A stretch of DNA of 64,000 bases from an uncultured Eubacteriales bacterium (lineage in GTDB: Bacteria > Bacillota > Clostridia > Christensenellales > Borkfalkiaceae), in assembly GCA_905207235.1 (NCBI GenBank), contig CAJLKN010000001.1, forward strand, positions 31,302-95,301. Direction: 5' to 3'. The position numbers and the translations under genes are program-made. Below the pieces are notes generated by a model. It had not been told where the DNA came from and ran no database searches. It saw only the letters and a list, made by a program, of their open reading frames with translations. The first letter of the stretch is position 1; each line of letters opens with the position of its first letter. Of the stretch, positions 25,813 to 35,218 are shown in pieces.

Positions 25813-27588
25813 TTAAATCTTCATAAGTTTTTCAAACTCTTTGAGCGTATTGCCGAACTCTTCCATAGCAAATTCGAAAGGTTCTTTTGTTGTGAGGTCA
25901 ACGCCTGCAAGTTTAAGAAGGGATACGGGATCTGTCGAAGAACCGCCCGAAAGGAATGAGAAATATGCCTTTACAGCGCTCTCGCCTTCGGTGAGTATCT
26001 TGTTTGCGATATTGATTGCGGTAATTATACCCGTTGCGTACTTGTAAACATAGAACGCCGTATAGAAATGAGGTATTCTGCACCACTCGCAGGAAATGTT
26101 ATAATCGTGCTCGATTGCGTCGCCGTAATACCTCTTTCCGAGTTCTGCATAAATTTCGCAGAGGTTTTCTTTTGTGAGGGGTTCGCCCTTTTCTGCCATA
26201 TCGTGAGCCTTAAACTCGAATTCGGCGAACATAGTCTGCCTGTGAAGGGTTGCCCTGATGGTGTCGAGGTAGTAGTTGAGCAGATATTTTTTGAGGTTTT
26301 CATCCTTTGCTTCTTTGAGCATGTATTTAAGAAGGAGCACTTCGTTTACCGTGCTTGCAACTTCAGCGACGAAAATCTTGTAATCCGCCTTTGCATAGGG
26401 CTGATTGTGCGCAGAGAAATAGGTGTGGAGCGAATGTCCCATTTCGTGAGCGACGGTGAAAATATCGCTCGTTGTAGGCTGGTAATTGAGGAGAACGTAA
26501 GGATGAACGCCGTTCACGCCTGTTGAATATGCTCCGCTGCGCTTGCCTTCGGTTTCATCGACGTCTATCCAGCGATCGTCGTAGCCCTTTTTAAGGAGAG
26601 CCTGATACTCTTTGCCGAGGGGCGCAAGTCCCTTTATAACGTAGTCATACGCCTCGTCATAGTTCATTTTAACCTCGACGTCTGCAACGAGGGGCGCATA
26701 AACATCGTAGAAATAGAGCTTGTCATAACCGAGTATCTTCTTTCTGTCAGCCATATAGCGGTGCATTGCTGGGAAGCTCTTTTCAACCGAAGCGAGCAGG
26801 TTGTCATAAACGGCTCTGTCAACGTCCTCGTTGAAAAGCGCTCTTTCGAGGCAGGAATTGAACTTATATGCCCTGCTCAGGAAGACATCCTTTTTAACGT
26901 TGCCGTAATACGTGGAAGTTATAGTATTTATGAGGCTTTCATAAGCGCCGTAATACTTTTCATAGACCTCCTTTCTCTTCTCTCTGTCGGAAGAATGAAG
27001 AACGAGGCCGTAAAGTCCGTGAGAAAGTTTAACCTTTTTGCCGTCGAGCTCTATTTCGGGCAAAGGCAGGTCGGCGTTGTCTATCATGCCGAAAGTTTCG
27101 TGGAAGGTAGAAAGCGTTTCGCCTGCGAGCGCCATCAGCTTTTCTTCGGCTTCGGAAAGTATGTGAGCCTTGCGCTTTATAAGGCACTTTATCTGATAAT
27201 CATAATCGGAGAACTGCTTGTCTTCAACCAGCGAATTGAGATATTCTTCGCTCTGCTGTGCAAGCTCGGGTTCGGAAAAGGCAACTTCGCCCGAATACTT
27301 GCCGAAAAGCATCTGTATTTTACCCGTATAAGCGGTATATTTTGAAATTCTAGTGTCTTCGTCGTGCTTCATATGAGCATAAACGGCGAGACGCTCGCAA
27401 ACTTTCATAAACTCGTCGTTTGCGCGGAGGAAAGACAGAAGCTCGGCTTTATCGCCCAGCTTGCCAGCATACTTGGCAAAATCCATGTGGGACATTGCCC
27501 AGTCATACTGCTTTTCCCACGTTGCGTCGTCGGGATATATGTCTTCAATGCGCCATTTATTGCGCTCGGGTACTTCGTTTCTCTGCAT
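25813..27588 (-). CDS. pepF: oligoendopeptidase F (M3B family)
   Basis: HEMGH zinc motif in a 591-aa M3-like protein. Confidence 0.85.
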   Translation of the reverse strand: MQRNEVPERNKWRIEDIYPDDATWEKQYDWAMSHMDFAKYAGKLGDKAELLSFLRANDEFMKVCERLAVYAHMKHDEDTRISKYTAYTGKIQMLFGKYSGEVAFSEPELAQQSEEYLNSLVEDKQFSDYDYQIKCLIKRKAHILSEAEEKLMALAGETLSTFHETFGMIDNADLPLPEIELDGKKVKLSHGLYGLVLHSSDREKRKEVYEKYYGAYESLINTITSTYYGNVKKDVFLSRAYKFNSCLERALFNEDVDRAVYDNLLASVEKSFPAMHRYMADRKKILGYDKLYFYDVYAPLVADVEVKMNYDEAYDYVIKGLAPLGKEYQALLKKGYDDRWIDVDETEGKRSGAYSTGVNGVHPYVLLNYQPTTSDIFTVAHEMGHSLHTYFSAHNQPYAKADYKIFVAEVASTVNEVLLLKYMLKEAKDENLKKYLLNYYLDTIRATLHRQTMFAEFEFKAHDMAEKGEPLTKENLCEIYAELGKRYYGDAIEHDYNISCEWCRIPHFYTAFYVYKYATGIITAINIANKILTEGESAVKAYFSFLSGGSSTDPVSLLKLAGVDLTTKEPFEFAMEEFGNTLKEFEKLMKI

Positions 27589-27599
27589 ATTTACACCTC

Positions 27600-28955
27600 T
27601 CAGTTTTTATTTGAATGTATGGGAGCGGGAATAAGTCCTCCCCTGTTTACGAATTTACATGACGACTGATTATGCACCGCCATAATGGGCGCTCTGCCCA
27701 AAAGACCGCCGAAATTGACCTGATCGCCTACTTTCTTGCCGGGGGCGGGGATAATTCTTACAGCCGTCGTCTTGTTATTTATCATGCCGATCGCGGCTTC
27801 GTCGGCTATTATCGCGCTTATCGTTTCCGCCGTCGTGTCGCCGGGAACGGCTATCATATCGAGACCGACGGAGCAAACAGCAGTCATCGCCTCGAGCTTG
27901 TCTATGCAAAGCACGCCCTTTTCCGCCGCTTCAATCATGCCGATATCTTCGGAAACGGGAATAAACGCGCCCGAAAGTCCGCCCACGCGGGAGCTTGCCA
28001 TAACGCCGCCCTTCTTGACCGCGTCGTTGAGCATTGCAAGGCATGCCGTCGTGCCGTGAGTGCCTACGCATTCGAGCCCCATTTCTTCGAGTATCTGTGC
28101 AACAGAATCCCCGCGCTCGGGCGTGGGCGCAAGCGATAAATCGACGATGCCGAATTCCGCGCCGAGGCGCTTTGCCGCTTCGCGCGCTATAAGCTGACCT
28201 GCTCTGGTTATTTTGAACGCCGTGCGCTTGATCGTCTCCGCAAGCTCGGTGATATCCGCATCCGGAACGGCCTGAATGGCGTGATGAACAACGCCCGGAC
28301 CGGAAACGCCGACGTTAATTACCGTGCCGCTTTCGCCGACGCCGTGGAATGCGCCCGCCATAAAGGGGTTGTCCTCCACCGCGTTGCAGAAAACAACGAG
28401 TTTTGCGCAACCGAAACCATCCACGTCGGCGGTCGCAGCAGCAGTCTCTTTGACTATCTGTCCCATAAGTTTTACGGCATCCATGTTGATGCCAGACTTG
28501 GACGAACCGACATTGACGGAAGAGCATAGCCTTTCGGTAGTTGCCAGAACTTCGGGAATGCTCATTATGAATGTGCGCTCGTAGTCCGCCATTCCCTTGT
28601 GAACGAGAGCGGAATAGCCGCCGAGGAAATCTATGCCGAGCTGCTTTGCCGCATTGTCGAGAGCTTTTCCTATGAGCCCCGCCTTCGACGCGAAAGGAGC
28701 GCAGATTAAACTTACGGGAGTTACCGAAACGCGCTTGTTCACTATGGGAATACCGTATTCCGCCGAGAGATCGCGCGTAACTTTTACTATATTTTCAGCC
28801 TTTTTGCAGACTGTGTCATAAACGCAGCGCGCCGTCTCTTCTGCCGTGGCACGGATGCAGGGCAGAAGCGAAATGCCCATTGTTACCGTGCGGATGTCAA
28901 GATGTTCGCGCTCAACCATATTTATGGTTTCTAAAATATCTGTGGAATTAAACAT
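27600..28955 (-). CDS. UPF0210-family protein (PFL-like, DUF711)
   Basis: 451-aa Gly-rich protein directly downstream of a small ACT-domain protein, the classic UPF0237/UPF0210 pair. Confidence 0.65.
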   Translation of the reverse strand: MFNSTDILETINMVEREHLDIRTVTMGISLLPCIRATAEETARCVYDTVCKKAENIVKVTRDLSAEYGIPIVNKRVSVTPVSLICAPFASKAGLIGKALDNAAKQLGIDFLGGYSALVHKGMADYERTFIMSIPEVLATTERLCSSVNVGSSKSGINMDAVKLMGQIVKETAAATADVDGFGCAKLVVFCNAVEDNPFMAGAFHGVGESGTVINVGVSGPGVVHHAIQAVPDADITELAETIKRTAFKITRAGQLIAREAAKRLGAEFGIVDLSLAPTPERGDSVAQILEEMGLECVGTHGTTACLAMLNDAVKKGGVMASSRVGGLSGAFIPVSEDIGMIEAAEKGVLCIDKLEAMTAVCSVGLDMIAVPGDTTAETISAIIADEAAIGMINNKTTAVRIIPAPGKKVGDQVNFGGLLGRAPIMAVHNQSSCKFVNRGGLIPAPIHSNKN

Positions 28956-28967
28956 GTGCGCACCGCC

Positions 28968-29237
28968 TTAAACCCTGTGCATTGCATTGAAAATATCTTC
29001 ATGCTGAATGTGTATAGACATTCCGATTTTTTTGCCGAGTTCGGTGCAGGCCTGAGATAAATCTGCAAGTTCAGTCGATGAATTTGTCAGATCGACCATC
29101 ATTATCATCGTGAAGTATTCATTCATGATAGTCTGGCTTATGTCGAGAATGTTGACGTCTTTTTCTGCGAGCAAAGCCGAAACTTTTGCAATTATACCTG
29201 TTTTGTCTTTTCCTACTACGGTTACTACCGCGCGCAT
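28968..29237 (-). CDS. ACT-domain protein (UPF0237 family)
   Basis: Start trimmed to MRAVVTVVGKDKTGIIAKVS (ATG 29237, AGGAG SD). ACT fold signature present. Confidence 0.65.
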   Translation of the reverse strand: MRAVVTVVGKDKTGIIAKVSALLAEKDVNILDISQTIMNEYFTMIMMVDLTNSSTELADLSQACTELGKKIGMSIHIQHEDIFNAMHRV

Positions 29238-29259
29238 AGTTTTATCTCCTGAGTTTATT

Positions 29260-29904
29260 TTATCGTGCTCCGCAACCTGAAAAAATTGCGGGCACGGTAT
29301 ATTCAAAAAATGTGTTCCACGACGTTATAAATCCCTTCAACGCAAGGGACCACGGAGCGACAACGCCGATAATGTCCTCCGTATCTATCATTCCGTACTT
29401 GCTGCGGCTGTCGGAGCTTACGTCCCTGTTATCGCCCATAACAAAAACACAGCCTTCGGGCACTGTTACGGGTCCGTATGTGTTTACGGGGAGGCTTGCG
29501 GTGTTATTTTCCGCAACGACGTAAGGCTCTTCCACCATTTCACCGTCTATATAAAGAACGCCGCGCACAAGCTGTACGGTCTGCCCCTCAAAGGCAATCT
29601 GACGTTTTATTATAACTTTTTCTTCGCCGAACTCGTCGTGAGCAGAAATTACGATTATATCTCCGTTCTCCGCCGTCGCATGCGTGTCGGCGTAAAGAAA
29701 ATCGCCGCCCGCCTGCGTCTTATCCTGCGCGCCCTGAAGCGTGGGCAACATCGAATCGCCAACAACGTAAACGCGAGTATAGCGTGAAACGAACATCATC
29801 TCCCAAACGAGAATGATTAATAAGATTATAAGGAGAACGTTTGCCGCATAAACGCCGCGGCTTTTTCTTTCGCGTCTTCCTATCGATATGGGAAAGCCGC
29901 TCAT
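29260..29904 (-). CDS. lepB: signal peptidase I
   Basis: Catalytic boxes GDSMLPT and GDNRDVSSDSR with an N-terminal TM anchor. Start trimmed to avoid overlap with the upstream gene. Confidence 0.75.
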   Translation of the reverse strand: MSGFPISIGRRERKSRGVYAANVLLIILLIILVWEMMFVSRYTRVYVVGDSMLPTLQGAQDKTQAGGDFLYADTHATAENGDIIVISAHDEFGEEKVIIKRQIAFEGQTVQLVRGVLYIDGEMVEEPYVVAENNTASLPVNTYGPVTVPEGCVFVMGDNRDVSSDSRSKYGMIDTEDIIGVVAPWSLALKGFITSWNTFFEYTVPAIFSGCGAR

Positions 29905-29905
29905 A

Positions 29906-31645
29906 TCAAAGCCACATAACATTATTGAGCGCATAGCGCTCGTCGCACTTTATAGTGAACATAAGTCCCGAGGGCACGCAGTAATCTGCTAGCGGCATGC
30001 CGCCCGTGCTTTTGAAAAGTTTGCTTTCGAGCACTTCGCTCTGCCACGTTCCGCCTATGACAGATATTCTGAGCGAATAGACCGTACCGTCAGATACGGA
30101 AGTCATGCTCAGTTCAACCGTACAATCTTTATCGACGAAAATATCGAATTTCAGTAAACTGCCTGCGGAGGGCGCGTACCTCGGGCTGTTGAGCCTGTAA
30201 GTTGACAGACCGCACACGCAATAGATGCCTTTGAGCCCGTTACCGCTGACCATTTTGGGGAATATATCCTCGTTTTCGAAAAACGTGCCCGCGACGGCAT
30301 AAGAGCCGTAATCTGCCAGAGAAAAACAGTCTATGCCGTTTCTGCTCGAATACATTACGCGGCACTTGCTCTGACTGTTGCGGAATGTGCCGCTTATCTT
30401 TTTAACGGTAATCTTTGACCATACGGTAAAACCGTTTGTGTACATTACGTAGCACAACGCAAAAAGTACGCTCGTTTTATTGTAAACATCGAGGTAAAAT
30501 TCGTGCTCGGTATCGCTAACCTTCCCCTTGTAACGCGAACGAACCCAATCGCGCACGGTGGGGTTTTTGCAGTCTTCCGCCATGAAAAGCCCGAAATTTT
30601 CAACAACGCCCGCATCGTCGAACGCAGTTCTTGCTATAAGATTGTCATTATCATCGACTGTAACCGTAAGCTCGGCGGGCTTGGGAATGAACACCTGCCT
30701 CTGCTTTATATACCTGTCGAGGAACATGAACATATCCTTGGTGCTCTTCTGGGCTATGCATGCGTTGCTCTTGACAGAATAAGCTATTACGCTCTGCCCC
30801 GCGAACTCAGGATTTATGCGCGAAAATGTATCGTATGCGCGGTCGTAATCGAAGTCGGGGTCGTTTGTCGAACAGAGCATAAGCACGGGACACTTGACAT
30901 AAGGAGCATAAGCCTGGGAATCTATGGCAGCCATAAAACGGCGCCTTTCCTCATCGAATTCGGGTTCGGCTGTGCCGAATTTGGAAAAGCCTTTATAAGC
31001 TCTCCAACCTACGGCGCAGACGGGAATTGCGCATGAAAATTTACCTGCATATGCAAGTTTCCACGCCACTTCGCCGCCGTCGCGTATTCCCACAACGCCT
31101 ATTTTATCGTTTTTTACCCTTTCGGAGAGGTAATTGCGGGCATAGAGACCCACTGCAACCCATTCGTACCACGAAGTTTTATCTGCGCCTTCGTCGGCGT
31201 AATCTATGTGTCTTCCCGCTGAATAATAATTTGCATACGCAACGGAAGGCGGATAAACGGTGAAAGGAATAAATTTTCCGCATATTCCAGTTCCTTCGTT
31301 GCCTTTTCCTTCCGCGGACGAAGCGCCATTCCTTGCGCCGATATCGCCGCGGATATCGACCATAAGAGCAGAATAACCGTTATCGACAAACATTTTTAAA
31401 AGGCGTTCGTCGGCGGTTTCGCTGCTGTCGGGAATGATTACCACGCCGTCCTGCGAAGGCGTTTCGGCATCGTATGCGAAAATGCCGAAAACAGAAACTC
31501 TGCCGTCATCGGTTTTTCTTCCTGCAAAATTGACGTATTCGTATTTTACGCCGTCCTGAATTTTTTCGCCTCCGACTGTCGCGTCGAGGGGCTGACTGTC
31601 GTCAAAATCTTTCCACAGGGATATAGGCGTCAGAATAGGTGTCAA
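29906..31645 (-). CDS. alpha/beta-hydrolase-fold protein with C-terminal beta-rich domain (CocE/NonD-like architecture); no canonical GxSxG serine
   Basis: 579 aa with TTG start and AAGGAGA SD. The N-terminal half resembles an esterase/peptidase hydrolase fold. The nucleophile-elbow position reads GIRDGG. Confidence 0.4.
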   Translation of the reverse strand: MTPILTPISLWKDFDDSQPLDATVGGEKIQDGVKYEYVNFAGRKTDDGRVSVFGIFAYDAETPSQDGVVIIPDSSETADERLLKMFVDNGYSALMVDIRGDIGARNGASSAEGKGNEGTGICGKFIPFTVYPPSVAYANYYSAGRHIDYADEGADKTSWYEWVAVGLYARNYLSERVKNDKIGVVGIRDGGEVAWKLAYAGKFSCAIPVCAVGWRAYKGFSKFGTAEPEFDEERRRFMAAIDSQAYAPYVKCPVLMLCSTNDPDFDYDRAYDTFSRINPEFAGQSVIAYSVKSNACIAQKSTKDMFMFLDRYIKQRQVFIPKPAELTVTVDDNDNLIARTAFDDAGVVENFGLFMAEDCKNPTVRDWVRSRYKGKVSDTEHEFYLDVYNKTSVLFALCYVMYTNGFTVWSKITVKKISGTFRNSQSKCRVMYSSRNGIDCFSLADYGSYAVAGTFFENEDIFPKMVSGNGLKGIYCVCGLSTYRLNSPRYAPSAGSLLKFDIFVDKDCTVELSMTSVSDGTVYSLRISVIGGTWQSEVLESKLFKSTGGMPLADYCVPSGLMFTIKCDERYALNNVMWL

Positions 31646-31722
31646 TATCTGTCTCCTTAAAGCGCGGCGGGTTTCCCCGCCGCCGCAGTATTATTTTTGT
31701 CGGGCAATTTAAAAAATATTAT

Positions 31723-31750
31723 TGCTTTTTTTCCCGCGCAAAGTTATAAT
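31723..31750 (+). promoter_or_regulatory. sigma-A type promoter (TTGCTT-16-TATAAT)
   Basis: Consensus hexamers about 90 nt upstream of ATG 31840. Confidence 0.4.
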
Positions 31751-31839
31751 AATGTTTACTCAACGCAGGGCGACAATATTCTTTTAATATTATAGCCCTT
31801 TTATATCAATAAATCAAGCGTTGAGCGGGAGTTTTACCA

Positions 31840-33543
31840 ATGGCTTTTATTTCGGTTGCAGACGAACTGACCAAGAAAGGCTCGACCATAATCGAAAACA
31901 AATTTATAACAAAATATCTGCCCGTGCTCGAACCGCAGGCGCTTAAAGTATATCTTTTTGCGCTTTTCGTGTATCAGAACGGGCTGTCTTCCTATACGGC
32001 GGAAGACTTCGCCGCCAAACTTGAAATGAGTTTGAGCGACGTTGAAAACTGTTTCGATTATCTTGAAGAATTAGAGCTTGTGTCGGTGCTGTCGCGCAAC
32101 CCTCTCGAAGTCAGAATACTCGACGCGGACAACGTTTACGGCACGCCAAAAAAACTCAAGCCCGAAAAATACGCCGCTTTTTCTTCGGCAGTTCAGTCTG
32201 TAATTTCGGGCAGAATGATTTCCACGAATGAATTTATGGAATATTTTTATCTGCTGGACGAATATTCATTCGAACAGAACGCCCTGCTGATGATAATAAA
32301 TTACTGCGTAAATTTAAAGGGAAACGATATACGCTTTCAGTACATTAAAAAAGTTGCAAAGAGTTTTGCCGACGAAGGCGCGACCACCGCGAGAAAGGTC
32401 GAAGAAAAACTCTCCTCCTACACTTCTTCAACGCCCGCGCTTTTAAGAATTTTTTCCGCGGCGGGAATATCGCGCAAACCCGACGTGGACGACAATGCGC
32501 TCTACGAAAAATGGACGACAGAGCTCGGTTTTTCGGAGGAGGCGATCATCTGCGCCGCGAAGCACTTCAAAGCCAGAACGAGCGAAAAAATCGACGGCGT
32601 TCTGACAGAACTCTATAAAAACAGAAAATTTGACGTAAAAGAGATTGAAGATTACTGCAAATCAAAAAATTCGCTCTACGCCTGCGCAGCGGAGATTGCA
32701 AAATCCTTGGGCGTTTATATGCAGAACGCAACCCCTTACGTGGAAAATTACGTCTGCTTATGGCGCGATTACGGCTTTGAAAGCGATACATTGAAGATGA
32801 TAGCCGACTACTGCTTCCTGCAAGGCAAAAACTCGTTTGAGGGAATGAACGATTTTGTTCTGTCTCTGTACGACGAAGGCATAATAACCGAACAGGCGGT
32901 AAGAGATAAACTGACTTCAATCGCCGCCGACGATAAGCTCATTAAAAATATTTTGAAGACGAGCGGAATGACCAGAAAGATAATCGACCCCGACAGGCAG
33001 TATTTAAAGCGCTGGAAGAGCTGGGATTTTTCCGACGAAATGCTTTTAAAAGCCGCCGAAACGGCGCAGGGAAAGAGCAATCCGCTCGCCTACATGAACG
33101 CCGTGCTTTCCTCGTGGAAGGCTCAGGGCATTACCTCGCCCGAGAGCATATCGAGCCCGTCCGAAGCGACAGGCGGCGAGAGCAAAAAGGCTATTATAGA
33201 ACGGCATTACTATGATCTGCGCGCGGAAGCGCAGAAACGAGCCGAAAAAATGCAGGCAAAAGCCATGAAGGACGAACTTTACAGGGAGGCAAAGAAAAAG
33301 TTAAACACCCTCTCTATACAGCTTGCATTTGCCGAAGTCAACGATGAACAGCGCGCAAAGAAAATTTCGGAAGAAATTGCCCTGCTCGAAAAGCAGTCGG
33401 ACGAGCGGCTTGAAGCGCTCGGAATTTCTAAAAGCGATCTCGTTCCCCGCTACAAATGCGAAAAATGCAAGGACACGGGCTATGACAGCCACGGCAGGCA
33501 ATGCGAATGCTTGCAGAGGTTTATTAAAGCCAATAAACTCTGA
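31840..33543 (+). CDS. DnaD/DnaB(Bsu)-like replication-initiation and membrane-attachment family protein with four tandem DnaD-C (DDBH2-like) repeats and a C-terminal Cys4 motif
   Basis: Four repeats, each ending with a YxxxxxxW/F-GI-type motif (e.g. AYMNAVLSSWKAQGI). The C-terminus reads CEKCKDTGYDSHGRQCEC. Confidence 0.55.
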   Translation: MAFISVADELTKKGSTIIENKFITKYLPVLEPQALKVYLFALFVYQNGLSSYTAEDFAAKLEMSLSDVENCFDYLEELELVSVLSRNPLEVRILDADNVYGTPKKLKPEKYAAFSSAVQSVISGRMISTNEFMEYFYLLDEYSFEQNALLMIINYCVNLKGNDIRFQYIKKVAKSFADEGATTARKVEEKLSSYTSSTPALLRIFSAAGISRKPDVDDNALYEKWTTELGFSEEAIICAAKHFKARTSEKIDGVLTELYKNRKFDVKEIEDYCKSKNSLYACAAEIAKSLGVYMQNATPYVENYVCLWRDYGFESDTLKMIADYCFLQGKNSFEGMNDFVLSLYDEGIITEQAVRDKLTSIAADDKLIKNILKTSGMTRKIIDPDRQYLKRWKSWDFSDEMLLKAAETAQGKSNPLAYMNAVLSSWKAQGITSPESISSPSEATGGESKKAIIERHYYDLRAEAQKRAEKMQAKAMKDELYREAKKKLNTLSIQLAFAEVNDEQRAKKISEEIALLEKQSDERLEALGISKSDLVPRYKCEKCKDTGYDSHGRQCECLQRFIKANKL

Positions 33544-33582
33544 TTACATATGTTTTGAAAAAATTATCTTATTGATTTAAAA

Positions 33583-33621
33583 AGCGGCGCGCAGGGTATA
33601 TCCCTGCGCGCCGCTTTATTT
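33583..33621. terminator. bidirectional terminator (AAAAAGCGGCGCGCAGGG-tata-TCCCTGCGCGCCGCTTTATTTTTT)
   Basis: Perfect GC-rich inverted repeat flanked by A5 and T6, lying between convergent genes. Confidence 0.8.
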
Positions 33622-33622
33622 T

Positions 33623-34270
33623 TTACCATATAAACTGCGCTTTGGCAATTTCGCCGTTGTCTATCAGAATATCCTGCGCGGTCATAGACTTATTTACGAC
33701 CGTTACGAAGTATATCCACTCGGCTATCTCCTCCGCCTCCGCCCATTTGGGGAGCAGAGTTAATTGCATTATCTTTTCCCACTTTTCCTTATCGTTTATC
33801 ACTCTGTCGTTTAGCGACGTCAGCACTCCTCCGGGCGAAATGCTGTTGGAAGTCGCGCCGTAACGCGCAACTCTCAGAGCAACATTTTTCATGTAAGTTA
33901 TAATCCCGCCCTTGCTCGCGGCGTATTCGGGGAATTCGCTTCCGTTGTGCGCGCTCGCCGAAGCGACGAAAAGAACGCTCTTTATGTCATTCTGAAAAGC
34001 GTATTTTTCCGTAACCCTTATCGTGCCTTTAAGGTTTATATCTATATCTCTTCCGGTATCCTGGACGCCGGCATTGTTTATAAGAATATTGACCCCTGCA
34101 ATTTCCGGAAGTTCGCCGCCGAGAATATCTGTGCGGAAATGGACATAGTTTTTATCGTCAATGGCGCTGTCTAAAACATCCAGCCCTACAACTTCATGTC
34201 CCGCAGACAAAAACCTCAATGCGGTCGCTCTGCCTATTCCGTTGCTCGTGCCGCTTATGACGACTTTCAT
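33623..34270 (-). CDS. SDR-family oxidoreductase
   Basis: Begins MKVVISGTSNGIGRA with Rossmann motif TGxxxGIG. Start trimmed to ATG 34270, 4-nt overlap with the upstream gene. Confidence 0.75.
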   Translation of the reverse strand: MKVVISGTSNGIGRATALRFLSAGHEVVGLDVLDSAIDDKNYVHFRTDILGGELPEIAGVNILINNAGVQDTGRDIDINLKGTIRVTEKYAFQNDIKSVLFVASASAHNGSEFPEYAASKGGIITYMKNVALRVARYGATSNSISPGGVLTSLNDRVINDKEKWEKIMQLTLLPKWAEAEEIAEWIYFVTVVNKSMTAQDILIDNGEIAKAQFIW

Positions 34271-35022
34271 TGCGCATTCTCCCTGCAAAGTTTTACATAA
34301 TTGAAGTATTCTTCGCCCACGTTTTCCTTTTTCCACCTTCTGCATGCGGCATAGCCGAAATACGAAAAGAGCACTTCGCAAATGAGTTCGACGAGCATGC
34401 CCGTAAGCGAACAGGTTACGCACTGCAAAAACGTCCAGCCGAAGAAAATATGGCTGACGATGAGTGCAAAAAGCATATTATCCACAAATTGTCCTATTGC
34501 AGTTGAAACATAAGACCTTAAAAAGTATGCCGCCTTGCCGTCGGGGTTTTTCCTGAAAATTCTGCCTATGCCCCAGTTTGAAAAATTATTTACGACAGAC
34601 GATACGATAAATGCCGTCGTGCTGCCGAGAAGCACGTACCACGTGCCGCCGAAAGTATTGTCGAGGGCGATATTGATAGAATTACCGTTTTCAACGAAAG
34701 ATTCTCCCCACATGCCGGGTATTACGCTGCCTATGAAAAGCAGCAGGCAGAATATAAGATTGATTGCAATGGCAAATACAGAAAGCTCGGTTGCCGCTTT
34801 TGGACCGAAGTGTTTTGTAACCATATCCATTGTAAGGAAGGCAAACCACGAAACAATTATGCCGCAATCCAGCGCAAGCCAGTCAACAGGCAGCGAAATG
34901 CTCTTATTCGCGAGCAGGTTCATGGCAAATACCGACATAACGAATATTACAGTTACGAGCGCGGGAATGCTTTTAAGCAACAATCTGAACTGATGAAATT
35001 CACTTTTGATTTTCTGACCCAT
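34267..35022 (-). CDS. yhhQ: queuosine-precursor transporter (YhhQ / COG1738 / DUF165 family)
   Basis: Polytopic membrane protein of YhhQ length and profile. A preQ1 riboswitch lies immediately upstream. Confidence 0.7.
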   Translation of the reverse strand: MGQKIKSEFHQFRLLLKSIPALVTVIFVMSVFAMNLLANKSISLPVDWLALDCGIIVSWFAFLTMDMVTKHFGPKAATELSVFAIAINLIFCLLLFIGSVIPGMWGESFVENGNSINIALDNTFGGTWYVLLGSTTAFIVSSVVNNFSNWGIGRIFRKNPDGKAAYFLRSYVSTAIGQFVDNMLFALIVSHIFFGWTFLQCVTCSLTGMLVELICEVLFSYFGYAACRRWKKENVGEEYFNYVKLCRENAQ

Positions 35023-35054
35023 AAAAACTCCTTTAAATGAGTCGCGCCATCGCC

Positions 35055-35140
35055 TTAAAAAATAAAAAAGGGCGCAAAAATTGCGCCATCATTCTTTTCC
35101 ATAGTTTTGTTTATAGACAGGATGGTCACGAACTGTCCTT
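35055..35140 (-). promoter_or_regulatory. preQ1-I riboswitch (aptamer about 35104-35138) with intrinsic-terminator expression platform (35055-35087)
   Basis: Minus-strand RNA: GGACAG-UUCGUGACCAUC-CUGUCU-AUAAACAAAACUAUGG, a P1 hairpin plus an A-rich tail as in B. subtilis queC preQ1-I. A GGCGCAAUUUUUGCGCC-U6 terminator follows, then the AGGAG SD and the yhhQ ATG. Confidence 0.65.
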
Positions 35141-35169
35141 TGATTAAGTTATTGCAATTTTAGCACCCG

Positions 35170-35207
35170 AAAAACGCCTTTGTCAAGCAAAGGCGCCTTG
35201 TTTTTTC
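35170..35207. terminator. terminator (CGCCTTTG-tcaag-CAAAGGCG + T-run) after the MATE gene
   Basis: 8-bp perfect stem with U-rich tail on the minus transcript, 12 nt after the MATE stop. Confidence 0.65.
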
Positions 35208-35218
35208 ATCTGAAAACA

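Noticed and set aside
31650-31690. GC hairpin GCGGCGGG-tttcc-CCCGCCGC as a terminator
   Set aside because: On the minus strand it lies upstream of the hydrolase start and is not followed by a U-tract. On the plus strand no gene precedes it. Its role is ambiguous, so it is not annotated.
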